Part shown: positions 33,164-43,671 of the stretch, piece by piece | How positions within the stretch are numbered: position 1 is the first letter of the stretch | How the letters are laid out: the number at the start of each line of letters is the position of its first letter | DNA from: Rebecca billardiae RCC1528 | Taxonomy: Eukaryota > Protista > Haptophyta | NCBI GenBank assembly: GCA_965240325.2 | Contig: OZ251230.1 | Location: 2,604,001-2,668,000, forward strand | DNA: 64,000 bases | Direction: 5' to 3' | The notes under the pieces: model-generated | Told to the model about the DNA's origin: nothing | The model's input: the letters and a program-made list of their open reading frames with translations, nothing else | The model's database searches: none | Translations under genes and position numbers: made by a program

Positions 33164-35348
33164 TCAGCCGCTCGGGCCCGGCGGCACGGGGTGCGCCGAG
33201 ACGGCGGCAGCGCCGGCGGGCGGCAGCGCGCTCACCGCGGGCAGCGGGGGGAACGAGGGTGTGGCGGTGGCGTGCGGCGCTGCCGCCGCCTGCGCCACCG
33301 CCGCGCACGCGGGGTGCGCCGCGCACGCGGGCTGCGGCGGATATCTGGCAGCCGAGAGCACAGGCATGGCCGCCGCTGCGTACTCGGGCGCCGCGCCGGC
33401 AGCGGCGTGCGCTGGCTGCTGCGCCGCGGCGGGCAGCACGGCGGCTGCCGCGGGCGGCGGATGGCCGTTGGGCGTGCCGTGCGCGCCGGCGGCGGCCGCG
33501 CGGCCGTTGGGCAGCGGGTGCGGCGCGGCCTGCGGCTGCTGCGCGCACGCCGGCGCCACCTGCGCACCCGCAGGCATAGCTACCCCTGGCGGCAGTGCGG
33601 CCGAGAGCACGCCGGCCGCGCCGTGCGCAGGCACCGCGCCATGCAGGGCGACGGTCGCATAGGAAGCGACGACCGGCGCGGCGTAGCCCCCCGGCGCCGA
33701 GGCCGCGGCCGCGGCCGGCATGGCGGGCCCCGCCGCGCCGGCCCCGCCGCCCTCCGCGCCGCCCGCGCCGCCCGTGCCGCCCTGCTGCGCCGCCGCCCCC
33801 TGCGGCCGGTTGCAAACGTGGAGCATCTCCCGGAGCGAGCATTTGAAGAGTTCGACAGAGGTTCCGAGCAGAGGCTGCGCGGCGCGCGAGAGGGCCGTCT
33901 CACACGCGTGCTCCGACTCGAAGAGCGCGTACACGCAGCCTGGCGGCGCGGCGCGGCGCGGGGCGGGCGCGCGGCGAGTGAGGCGCGCGGCGGCCGTGCC
34001 GCGCCGCGCCGCGCGGCCAGGTGGCCCGCCTGGGGGGCCTAACCCTAACCCTAACCCCTACCCTAACCCTAACCCGCCTGGAGGCCCTAACCCTAACCCC
34101 TAAACCTGAGGCCGGCTGGAGACGACGGCGGGGCGCGCGCGTGCGGCCCGCACCTGAGGGCTGCCCGTGCTTGAGCACCACGCGCACCGCCGCGGGGACC
34201 ACCGTGCCCGCCTGCTGCGCCGCCTCGCCGCCGCCGCCGCCAGCGCCGCCCCCGGCGAAGTGCTCGGCCACAGCCGCCTCGGTCGCAGCGGGCGGCGCGC
34301 CGCGCACGCGCACGCACACGCTCATGGCTGGGTGCAGGGAGGCGACGAGGTGCGGCGGGAGCTCGAGCGGGCGCGCGCGCGCGTACTCGGGCGAGGCGTA
34401 CGCGTACGCGCGCGCGCCGCCCGGCCCGCCCGCCGCGACGCTCGCCGCGCTCGCCGCGCGCAGCTCCGCGCGAGTCGCCCTGGTCACGGCCACCCAGCGC
34501 TGCGCCAGCACGGCCTTGTCTTTGCGGAGCGCGGCCTGCACGGCCTCGGCGGTCTCGAAGGGGACGAGCGCCTCGCCGGACATGCGGCCGTCGTCGCCGA
34601 GCGGGAGGACCACGCCGCCCTCGCCGCCCTCGATCGGCAGACCCGCGAAGAAGTGCGCCACGTCCGCCGCGCTCGCCGCCCATGGCAGGCCGCGCACTCG
34701 CACGACGCAGCATCCCTCCGCGTCCGCGCCGCCGCCGCCCGGGTCGGTGTGCGCGGCGCTCACGGCGAGCATCTCGCCCTTGGTCGCGGGGAAGAGCTCG
34801 ATGTACCGGCCGCTCATCTCCGCGCGGTTGCGCCCCATCGCCTCCGCCACCGCCGCCTCCGACTCCAGCTCGACGTAGGCGTCGCCCGTCTGCCGGCCGT
34901 CGTGCCGGCTCATGATGTGCACGGCCGTCAGGGCCTGCGGCGCGAAGAACGCCTCGATGTCCTCCTTGCTCGCGCCCCACGGGAGGCCGCGCATGCGCAC
35001 GAGGACCTTCGCGCCGTCCGGCGCGGTGCTCGACACGACGCGCTCAAAGTCCGCCTCCTCCGCCGCGAAGATCTCCAGATAGCGCCGGCCGAGCGTACCC
35101 TTGTTGAGCGCGAGCGCCGCGGGCACGAGCTCGATCGGCGCGCGGATGAAGGCCTCGCCCGAGGCGTTGTACCGCAGCACGACGTCCTCGTCGGTGAGCC
35201 TGATCCCCGCGGGCGCGAAGAACTCGCGCAGGTTCTCCGCCGTCGCCGAGTACGGCAGGCCGCGCACGCGCACGTACCCGAGTCGCGCCGAGTCGGAGCG
35301 AGCGCGCTTCTGGTCGCCGCCCGTCTCCGGGGCCGAGGGCTCGGCCAT
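33164..35348 (-). CDS. hnRNP F/H / ESRP / GRSF1-like multi-qRRM RNA-binding protein; exons 35348-34154 and 33939-33164
   Basis: Repeated VRVRGLPY/W...FF...GEAF...RYLEIF units (three clear). The fourth RRM is completed across a phase-1 intron at 34153-33940 (GQPSG|CVYALFESEHACETAL...VELFKCS). Confidence 0.88.
34038..34106 (-). repeat. Interstitial telomeric (TTAGGG)n tract in an intron, G-rich on the transcribed sense strand
   Basis: The + strand reads cctaaccctaaccctaacccctaccctaaccctaaccc...ccctaaccctaacccctaaacc. Confidence 0.9.
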
Positions 35349-35752
35349 GGGCGGTGGGCGGGGGCCGAGCTGTGCGCGCGCGCGCGGAGGAGCCCGCCGC
35401 GCACGCGGCTGCTCGGCGCTGCCGCCTCGACGCCGCCCGAGGACGGCGGGCCGCGCGGCTCGTCGGCCGCCCAGGGGCGCGGGTCTAGCAAGCGACGGGC
35501 GCTTCAAGCCGCCGCCGCCGACGCGGCCGGCCGCGCGGCACGCGGCAAACAAACCAAATTCAGAGAGCAGAGCCGTGCTGGGTGAAGCCGCCGCCGCCCG
35601 GCCGGGCGGCCGTCGTCGGTGGACGCGGCCCCGGATCCGGGAACACCAACAATACCCGGAAAGTCCAACGGGCGAATCAGAAAATCGGAAAAAATCCGGG
35701 ATCGGCGGGATGGCGCCCCTACCCACCAAGTCTGAGATCCCGGCGGGCGGCC

Positions 35753-36190
35753 ATGCCGATCGTGACCGACGGGCCGGCGGCGTCCGCGTCGGACATTAAT
35801 GTGGTGCCCGGCCTGTCCATGCCCGCCGGGCCCGACCCGTACGCGTGCGCCGAGCTCGCCGACGGCTCGTTCCTCCTCTCCTCCACCAAGTACCTGCTGG
35901 CGCAGCCGCTCACCATGACGTTCCGGCTGCCGCGCCCCTTCTTGGACGAGAACGCGATCGCGCCGAGCTGCGCCGCGCTCGAGGCGAACACGGCGTACTG
36001 CGAGACGGCGCAGCTGCCGGATGCGCGGTGCCCGCCGGTGATGGAATACTTCTACAGGTGCGACGACCACCAGGGCTCGATCTGCACGCAGCTCTTTGGC
36101 TCGCGCGCGCACGGGCCGGCCAGCGGCGCGCCGGGGGCGCCCGCGCCGGCGGCGGGCACGGCGCACCCGCCGTTTGTGCGCCGCGCGTGA
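35753..36190 (+). CDS. Small Cys-containing hypothetical protein (~145 aa), divergent from the RRM gene
   Basis: ATG at 35753 (MPIVTDGP); strong GC3 bias; six Cys. Confidence 0.6.
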   Translation: MPIVTDGPAASASDINVVPGLSMPAGPDPYACAELADGSFLLSSTKYLLAQPLTMTFRLPRPFLDENAIAPSCAALEANTAYCETAQLPDARCPPVMEYFYRCDDHQGSICTQLFGSRAHGPASGAPGAPAPAAGTAHPPFVRRA

Positions 36191-36562
36191 GCCGGACGAG
36201 GGCGCGAGCGCTGGTGTGCACACGGAGTGGGGCGCGCTGCTCGACCAGCTGACCCGGCTGCGCCGGCATGGGTCGCTGCCAGCTCGGCGACGTCTTGCAG
36301 TCGTCGTTATAGTCATCGTTACTTCTGTTCTCGGTATCATTCTGTATTGAGGGGCCGCTGGACGCCGCCGCACCGCGCAGATCTGCCGCACGCGCGTATC
36401 ATGGCGCGTTGCTGGCTGGCTGCTGCCACCGTCGTGCTCTCGAGGAGCGGCTGGGGCTGCCGGATAGGGCACTCCTGACGCATATCAATATGGCGGCAGT
36501 GCAGCAATGACAGCCCGCGCATCGCGTGTCAAAATGATCCCGGACCCGGGCGAGCATCGGGA

Positions 36563-37703
36563 GATCGGGCACTGCCGACGACGAATCAGGAGACCTGCGC
36601 CGTCCTACCTGTGTCGTTAAATCATAGAATGAGTCTAGCAGCACCAGCTCCACGTGTACATGGCGACGCTCGCATGGACGACCTCGACGTGACTGCGCTG
36701 CTGCCCGAGGGGCTGTCGGATCGTTGGGTGCGCCTCTACGTCCGCCTTTGGCGTGACGCAGCAAGGCTCACCGCCGCCGACGGCCTCCCGCGCGCGGTGC
36801 ACATCTCCCTCCTGCCAGATGGGAGTGTCCGTCTGACGGTGTCTGTGCGTCCGCCTGATGCACAAGGGCCTGATGCTTCTCCACAGGGAACCCCCGCTGG
36901 TGGCAGCCAGCGGCGCGAGGGAGGTGGTGGCGCGCCTTCTAAAGCTCCCCTGCATCCCGCCCCGCGCCGAGCGCGCGAGTCGGCTCCGCCGGCGCGCGCG
37001 CTCGCCGCGCAGGGCTCGGGTACTGGAGTGCAGGCTGCAAACGGCGAGCAGCAGCACTCTCAGAAGCGGAAGAAGAAGCCTCGGCGCGGGAAGCGCGGGC
37101 CTCGGCGTGACGCGCAAGGCAGGCGGATTCGATCTCCATCGAGCCGCCGCACCTCGTCGCGGCGCGCCGTCGAGAAACGCCAGGAGCGCAAGGCGGCGCG
37201 GCTGGCGGCCTCTCTGCCCGCAGCACCTGCGCCTGCTCCAGCTGCTGTCCCCCACGCGGACCGAGACTCGTCCATGGACGACGACTCGGACGACGAGGAT
37301 GCGCAGCAGTCGGGGGCAAAGCGTACCCTGCACGCCGCAGCAGCGCCAGCCGCCGCCAGCAAGCCAGCTGAGCAGAGCGGCAAGCGCGCACGCGGCCGCG
37401 CAGGGCACACGGGGACGACTACATCACCGCCGGATCACCCGCCAGGGCCCAGCGGCTGAGACGGCCGTCTGACATCCGGACCTGCACCCTCGCCCTCGCT
37501 CGGGGCACAGCAGGTCCATGCGAGCCGCGCAGCGCAGGTGGATCGCGCTCCAGCAGCTCAAGGCCGCGCTCAAGCCATTCGATCGCGGTTCAGGCTATGC
37601 TCTGCCACCAGCGCCGACTTCGTGTCGACGATCGGGCACTGCCGACGACGAATCAGGAGACCTGCGCCGTCCTACCTGTGTCGTTAAATCATAGAATGAG
37701 TCT
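36563..37703 (+). mobile_element. 1,067-bp unit bounded by identical 74-bp direct repeats
   Basis: gatcgggcactgccgacgacgaatcaggagacctgcgccgtcctacctgtgtcgttaaatcatagaatgagtct at 36563-36636 and 37630-37703. No TG..CA termini and no TSD visible. Confidence 0.7.
36629..37459 (+). CDS. Basic hypothetical protein (276 aa) inside the direct-repeat unit
   Basis: The ATG lies in the first repeat. Globular-looking N-terminus, then KRKKKPRRGKRGPRR (NLS/nucleic-acid-binding-like) and an acidic DDDSDDED tract. More T-ending codons than flanking host genes. Confidence 0.55.
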   Translation: MSLAAPAPRVHGDARMDDLDVTALLPEGLSDRWVRLYVRLWRDAARLTAADGLPRAVHISLLPDGSVRLTVSVRPPDAQGPDASPQGTPAGGSQRREGGGGAPSKAPLHPAPRRARESAPPARALAAQGSGTGVQAANGEQQHSQKRKKKPRRGKRGPRRDAQGRRIRSPSSRRTSSRRAVEKRQERKAARLAASLPAAPAPAPAAVPHADRDSSMDDDSDDEDAQQSGAKRTLHAAAAPAAASKPAEQSGKRARGRAGHTGTTTSPPDHPPGPSG

Positions 37704-37904
37704 GGTCAGTGAGTGTGACCACGTGGGATGGGGCAGCCTCATCAAAGTACCGGCTCCACTCTTGAAAAGAGTGAGAGCAGTCTTGATCATGCGCACCCGA
37801 CGAGTGTGGGCCAGTGAGGACTGAGGATTTCAGGCTTTCAGCCTTTCAGCAGGTCCGCGTGAGACTATTTCTGGGCTCAGAGATAAGCCCGCAGTGCCGC
37901 GCTC

Positions 37905-39488
37905 ATGCCGCGGCCACCCACCGCACTTGCGGTGGCACTCGGCACGGCGCTCGCGCTCGCGAGCGCCGCGGAGAAGAAGCCGAGCGTGACGCGCGCCAAC
38001 TTCAACGCCGCCCTCGCCGAGCACGCCGTCACGCTGATCGCCTTCACCGCGCCGTGGTGCGGCCACTGCAAGAAGCTGAAGCCCGAGCTGGCCGCGGCCG
38101 AGCCGGCGCTCAGCGCGGACGGCATCGGCGTGCTCGAGGTGGACGCGACGCAGGAGCGGGAGCTGGCGAAGGAGTTCGGCGTGCGCGGCTTCCCCGACCT
38201 CTTCGTCCACCGCCGCGACCTGTCCGTCTTCAACCGCTTCAACGGGCAGCGCACCGCGCAGGGCATTGCCCAGTACATGAAGCGGCGCGTGGGCGACGCG
38301 TGCCGCGCGCTGGAGGACGAGGGGCAGATCGAGGAGTTCCTCGACGTGGGCACTGACCTCGACCGCCCGCGCATCCGCCTCTTCGCCGAGCCCGCCGAGC
38401 CCGCCTCCGACGCCGACGCGGGCGCGCCGACCGTGCTGCCGCGCGACTCGATCGAGCGCGCGGTCGAGCGCGTGCGGGATCAGATACCGTGTGCGATGCC
38501 GCCGTGGTCGCCCGGCGCGGTGGAGTACGCGGCGCGCGTGCGGCTGGCGAGCACGTTCGAGGGCACGCTCGAGTACACCGGCGCGCCCAACGCCACCGCG
38601 CTCTGGCGCTGGCTGCAGCTCCGCTCGCGGCCGACGGTCGCCGAGCTGAGCGAGCGCACGGCGCGCATGTACGTGGGCGAGCGCGACAGTGGCGTGGCGA
38701 TCGCGATGCTGCCGAGCCCGCTCGCCGGGCGCGACGAGGCGCAGCGGGCGTACTACGAGAAGGAGCTGCGCGAGGTGGCGGAGGCGCTGCGCCCGCTCGA
38801 CGGGCCCAACGTCTTCGTCACCTACTGCCGCGCGCCCTCGCCGCTGTGCGCGCAGCTGGGCGCCGACTACAAGGTGGACCCGGCCGTGCCCTCTCTGCTG
38901 GTGCTCGACTTCACGAGGCGACAGCGCAAGCCGCCGGGGTACCTGATGGTGCGCCGAGCACCGCGCCGCGCGCGCGGGCGGGCGGCTCTGTGCGGGGCGG
39001 AGCGGGGCGCGGCGGCCCCCGGCGCGCGCGCGTGGCTCACGCGCGCGCGTCTGACACCCTGTCTCGCCCCCCTCGCCCGCGCGCCCGCGCGCCCGCGCGC
39101 CCGCGCGCGCGCCGGGACCCTGCGCCCGTTCCAGCCGGGTCCGTTTGAGGTGAAGGGCGCCATCGCGCACATCGCCGCCTTCAAGGCGGGGGAGCTGGCG
39201 CCCGTGGAGGGCGCGCTCACCAGGCTGCTCGCGCGCTTCGACGACGTGGTGCTCTGGGTGGCCGAGCACACGCTGGAGTTTGGCGCGGCGCTCGGCCTCA
39301 CGACCGCACTCGTCATCTTCCTCACCTGCTGCCTCGGCCCGCCCGCGCGCGCCGCCGCGCGGGGGGCGGCGCCGGCCGCGGCCGCCGAGCCGGCCGGCGC
39401 CACCGGCGCGTCGGAGGGCAAGGCCTCCGACGCGGCAGCTGCGGGCGCGGCAGCGGATGATGGTGACGAGACGAAGAAGGACCAGTAG
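37905..39488 (+). CDS. Membrane-anchored protein disulfide isomerase (TMX3-like); intron 38949-39134
   Basis: Signal peptide, FTAPWCGHCKKLKP active site, GVRGFP, C-terminal TM (FGAALGLTTALVIFLTCCLG), terminal KKDQ (KKxx ER retrieval). The 186-bp GT-AG intron is in frame and stop-free. Confidence 0.9.
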   Translation: MPRPPTALAVALGTALALASAAEKKPSVTRANFNAALAEHAVTLIAFTAPWCGHCKKLKPELAAAEPALSADGIGVLEVDATQERELAKEFGVRGFPDLFVHRRDLSVFNRFNGQRTAQGIAQYMKRRVGDACRALEDEGQIEEFLDVGTDLDRPRIRLFAEPAEPASDADAGAPTVLPRDSIERAVERVRDQIPCAMPPWSPGAVEYAARVRLASTFEGTLEYTGAPNATALWRWLQLRSRPTVAELSERTARMYVGERDSGVAIAMLPSPLAGRDEAQRAYYEKELREVAEALRPLDGPNVFVTYCRAPSPLCAQLGADYKVDPAVPSLLVLDFTRRQRKPPGYLMVRRAPRRARGRAALCGAERGAAAPGARAWLTRARLTPCLAPLARAPARPRARARAGTLRPFQPGPFEVKGAIAHIAAFKAGELAPVEGALTRLLARFDDVVLWVAEHTLEFGAALGLTTALVIFLTCCLGPPARAAARGAAPAAAAEPAGATGASEGKASDAAAAGAAADDGDETKKDQ

Positions 39489-40258
39489 TGACTAGTGACT
39501 AGTGAGCTCGACCGAGCCGCCCCCCCGTTCGGCTTCACCGCCGTGGCCTTGCCCTTGCCCCGCGCCGGCGCGGGCCGCCGGGCGCCGGGCCGCGGCCGCG
39601 GGTGCCGCCGGGTCGTGCGTGCCGTGCCAACGCTGAACGCAATCATCACTCATCGTCATCAGTCTGAATCGGAACTCGATCATCGTCACCGGGGCTCGAT
39701 CGTCATGATGCCAATCGATCTGACGACCACGTACGTCGTACGTCCGCAGCCTGTGATGCTATATATATCGTAATACATAACGTACGGCATAAAAAAAACG
39801 GTAGGCGGTTCGCCAGGTTGGGTCACGCCGTCACGCAGCCAGTGAGCCGCAGGCCGGCGGGCGGCTCGGGCTCGCCGTCCACGGCCGTCCGCCAGGCTCA
39901 GGCTGGCGGTATATGGCGGCGGGTAGTTTGAGAACTAGTTGTCGCGAGTGTTGCCGTGTATGATACATGAGCCAGCGCGCCGCCGTGCAGCGCAGGTGGC
40001 AAGTCGGCAAGAAGAAGCACGACGGGCGGTACGCTGCTCGTCATCGAGAACGGCCGCGCCTGCGCGCGGCCGAGCGGGAAGAAGGCGTCGGCGGCAAGCT
40101 CCGCCCGCCGGCGCCCGTTCAACATTGCCGAGCGCGCCGCGCGGCCGCCCGGCCCTCCATAGCGCTCACTCACGATGAGCTCGCGCCGGCGGCGCCCGGC
40201 GCGCGGTCGAGTGAGACGTGGGTGTGTGCGTGCGTGTGTCTGCTGCGCCGCCCGCCGC

Positions 40259-42063
40259 CTAGTCGTCCAGGTGGACGAGGTGCACCTCGGACACGTCCGC
40301 CAGCTGCTTCACCTTCTTGAGGAGGTCGGGCGAGAGCTTCTTGTCGAGCTGCATGATCGAGGTGACGTGGCCGTCCTTGTTGCCGTCGGAGACGGCGGCC
40401 GTGCCGATGTTCACCTTGTGCTCGGCGAGCGCGGAGGCGACGCGGCCGAGCACGCCTGCGGGGAGGGATGGGCCAAGGGCGGGCGAGCGGGCGGGCGGGC
40501 GGTGAGGTGAGGTGAGGTGAGGTGATCGGGCGCGGCCGCGTAGGCGTTCGGGCGGGCGGCCCCGCGGCGCGGCGCGCGCCCCGCCGGCGTGCCCGACGGC
40601 GGCCCCGACCGGCCCCCGCGCGCACGCGCGCGCGCAGCGCAGCGCAACGCACCCGGCTTGTCGATGTTCTTGTACACGAGCAGGTAGCCGTCTGGGACAA
40701 ACTCGACGTACGAGGAATCATACTTGACGATGCGCGAGTTGTTGGGACCGAACACGGTGCCGGCGACGATGTGCTTGCCCGAGGAGGTGTCGACGGTGAT
40801 GGTGACGAGCGAGTGGTACACGTCCTCCGCCACCTTCTCGTGCGTCACCGAGATCTCGCGCTCGCGCGCGACGATCGGCGCGTTGATCAGGTTGAGCCTC
40901 TCGTTGGTGAGCGCGCGGAAGATGCCGGTGAGCGCGGCGGCCGAGCAGAGCGAGCCGGCCGTGGAGACGGGGCCGTCGCCCGCGACGGCGACGTGGACAG
41001 AGCGGACCTGCCCGGTGAGCACCTGCGCGCAGAGCTGGCCCATCCGCGCGGTGAGCTTCGTCCACGGCTTCAGCTCGGGCTGCTGCGAGAGCGTGAGGTC
41101 CGGCGCGTTCACCACGCCCGAGACCGTCTTGTCCTGAAACGCGTTCACCATCTGCGCGGCAATCTCCTGCGCGACCTTGCCCTGCGCCTCCTCGGTGGAG
41201 GCGCCGAGGTGCGGCGTCGCGACGACGCGCGGGTGGAGGATGAGCGGCCACTCGTGCTTCGCGGGCGGCTCCGACTCGAACACGTCGAGCGCCGCGCCGG
41301 CGACGTGGCCGGACTCGAGGGCCGCGAGCAGCGCCGCCTCGTCGATGATGCCACCGCGCGCACAGTTCACGATGCGCACGCCCGGCTTCATCGTGGCGAT
41401 GGACTCCTCGTTGATCATGTTGCGCGTCTCGTCGAGCAGCGGGACGTGCACCGTCAAAAAGTCCGCGTGCTTCATCGCCTCCTCCGCCGACACCGGCTCG
41501 ATGCCGAGCTTGCGCGCCGCGTCGGCCGGGAACATCGGGTCATAACCGAGTACCTTCATGCCGAACGCCTGGCAGCGCGTGACGACCTCGCGGCCGACGC
41601 GGCCGAGGCCGAGGACGCCGAGCGTCTTGTTGTGCAGCTCCACGCCCATGAACTTCTTCCGGTCCCACTTCTCCGCCTTCATCGACGCGTCGCCCTGCGC
41701 CACGTTGCGCGCGAGCGCGCAGATCATCGCGAGCGTGTGCTCCGCCGCCGAGATCGTGTTGCCGCCGGGCGTGTTCATGACCATCACGCCCTTGCGCGTG
41801 GCGGCGTCGCAGTCGATGTTGTCCACGCCCGTGCCCGCCCGGCCGATCACCTTCATCTTGAGCGCCTTCTCGATCACCGGCGCGGTCACCTGCGTGCCCG
41901 AGCGCACGATCAGCCCGTCGTAGTCGCCGATCACCTTGGCGAGCTGCTCCTCGCTGAGCTTCGCCTTCTTGTCGACGTGGATGCCGGCGTTCTCGAGGAT
42001 GTCCACCGCCACCTGCTCGATCGGGTCCGAGATCAGCACGCGCTTCTTGCCGTTCTTCACCAT
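40259..42063 (-). CDS. serA: D-3-phosphoglycerate dehydrogenase, long form with ACT domain; intron 40652-40456
   Basis: GRAGTGVDNID, NTPGGNTISAAEH, GLGRVG, NCARGG, TPHLGAST. Splicing gives NIDKPG|VLGRVASALAEHKVNIG (ACT domain). Confidence 0.96.
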
Positions 42064-42424
42064 GGCCGCCGGGTGTGCGGTGGGCGTTGCTGGGAGGTGC
42101 TGGGTGACGCGGGGTGACGCGTGGCGGTCCAGTTCGGCGCGGCCGGCGTTTGCGGCGACGCGCTCGGATCGGCACGACGACGGCGGAAAGTACGGAATTT
42201 TGTATTTATGCTCGTTGACGGAGCATCTGATTGGCCCAGGAGCCACTTGCCCTTACCACAAGTAGCACGCGGGCTGTTCTGATTGGCCACGGTGCCTCAG
42301 CGTGCGCCGATCTCGAGATATCAAAGCAGTTCTCCTCCCGTACTTCTACTTTGGCGCGCGACGATCCAGGACCGACCAGCGCGCCGCCGCGGCCACGCGA
42401 CTGGAACGACCACCGTCGGCACAA
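42064..42424. promoter_or_regulatory. Probable bidirectional promoter of serA/serC with two CCAAT-box-containing 11-mers
   Basis: 361 bp between divergent ATGs; tctgattggcc repeated at 42226 and 42278. Confidence 0.55.
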
Positions 42425-43671
42425 ATGGCGAAGCGCTCGCTCGACGAGAAGCCGGCGAAGAAGCCCGCGACGCCGAACTTCGGCTCGGGGCCCTGCCCCA
42501 AGCGGCCGGGCTGGACCCTCGACGCGCTCAGCGACGCGGCCACCGGCCGCTCCCACCGCTCCACGCTCGGCAAGGGCAAGCTCAAGCAGGCGATCGATGA
42601 GACCAAGGCGTTCCTCGGCCTGCCCGACGACTACCTGGTGGGGATCGTGCCCGCCTCTGACACGGGCGCGGTGGAGATGGTGATGTGGAGTATGCTCGGC
42701 GAGCGCCCCGTCGACATCTGCCACTGGGAGACCTTCGGCAAGGTGCGCGCACGCGACGCGCGACACGCGCGCGCGCGCGCGCGCCTCGGCTCACGCGCGC
42801 GCGCGGGCGCGTCACTCCCGGGGCGTGGCAGGAGTGGTTCACGGACGCGACGAAGCAGCTGAAGCACCTCAAGGTGCACAACGTCGCCTCCGACGTGTAC
42901 GGCGTGCTCCCCGACCTGAGCAAGACCGACCCGTCGCACGACATCGTCTTCACGTACAACGGCACCACCTCGGGCGTGCGCGTGCCCAACCTCGACTGGA
43001 TCTCGGACGAGCGCGAGGGGCTGACGATCTGCGACGCGACGAGCGCGATCTTCGCGATGGACATGCTGCCGTGGACCAAGATGGACGTGATCACCTACTC
43101 GTGGCAGAAGGTGCTCGGCGGCGAGGGCGCGCACGGCATGCTCATCCTCGGCCCGCGCGCCGTGCAGCGGCTCGAGTCGTACACGCCGCCCGTGCCGCTG
43201 CCCAAGATCTTCCGGCTGACGAAGGAGGGGAAGCTCACGCGCGACCTGTTCGACGGCGCGACGATCAACACGCCCTCCATGCTCTGCGTCGAGGACTACC
43301 TCGACGCGCTCAAGTGGGGCCGCGCGCGCGGAGGGCTGGGCGCGCTCGTGCAGAAGTCGATGCAGAACTTTCAGGTGATCGAGGGCTTCGTCAAAACGCG
43401 CGAGTGGGTGGACTTCCTGTGCGCGGAGCCGGCGCACCGCTCGAACACGTCGGTGTGCCTCACGCTCGCGCTCGACGCGGGCCAGGTCAAGGAGCTGCAG
43501 AAGCTCCTCGAGAAGGAGCACGTCGCATACGACATCGGCGCGTACCGGACGGCACCCGCCGGGCTGCGCATCTGGTGCGGCTCGACGGTCGAGGCGTCCG
43601 ACCTCGAGAGCCTGTGCGAGTGGCTCGAGTGGGCGTACCACAGCGTGAAGGGCGCGAAGGGGGGCAAGTGA
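42425..43671 (+). CDS. serC: Phosphoserine aminotransferase (Methanosarcina/alphaproteobacterial type); intron 42743-42831
   Basis: [36 protein letters not shown]|[28 protein letters not shown] (PLP lysine), [32 protein letters not shown]. Confidence 0.95.

Noticed and set aside
34038-34106. Telomeric repeats as a chromosome end or fusion scar
   Set aside because: Short, single orientation, and inside a GT-AG intron whose flanking exons join into an RRM.
36563-37703. Canonical LTR retrotransposon/TRIM or hammerhead retrozyme
   Set aside because: No TG...CA ends, PBS, polypurine tract or TSD seen, and no CTGANGA...GAAA core found by eye in or near the repeats. Other ribozyme classes were not excluded.
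38949-39134. 62-aa Arg/Ala insertion in the PDI
   Set aside because: It has GTGCG...CCAG ends and intron-like composition, so it is an in-frame stop-free intron.
40259-43671. Bacterial contamination explaining serA/serC
   Set aside because: Both genes have spliceosomal introns and host codon usage, and are flanked by eukaryote-specific genes.
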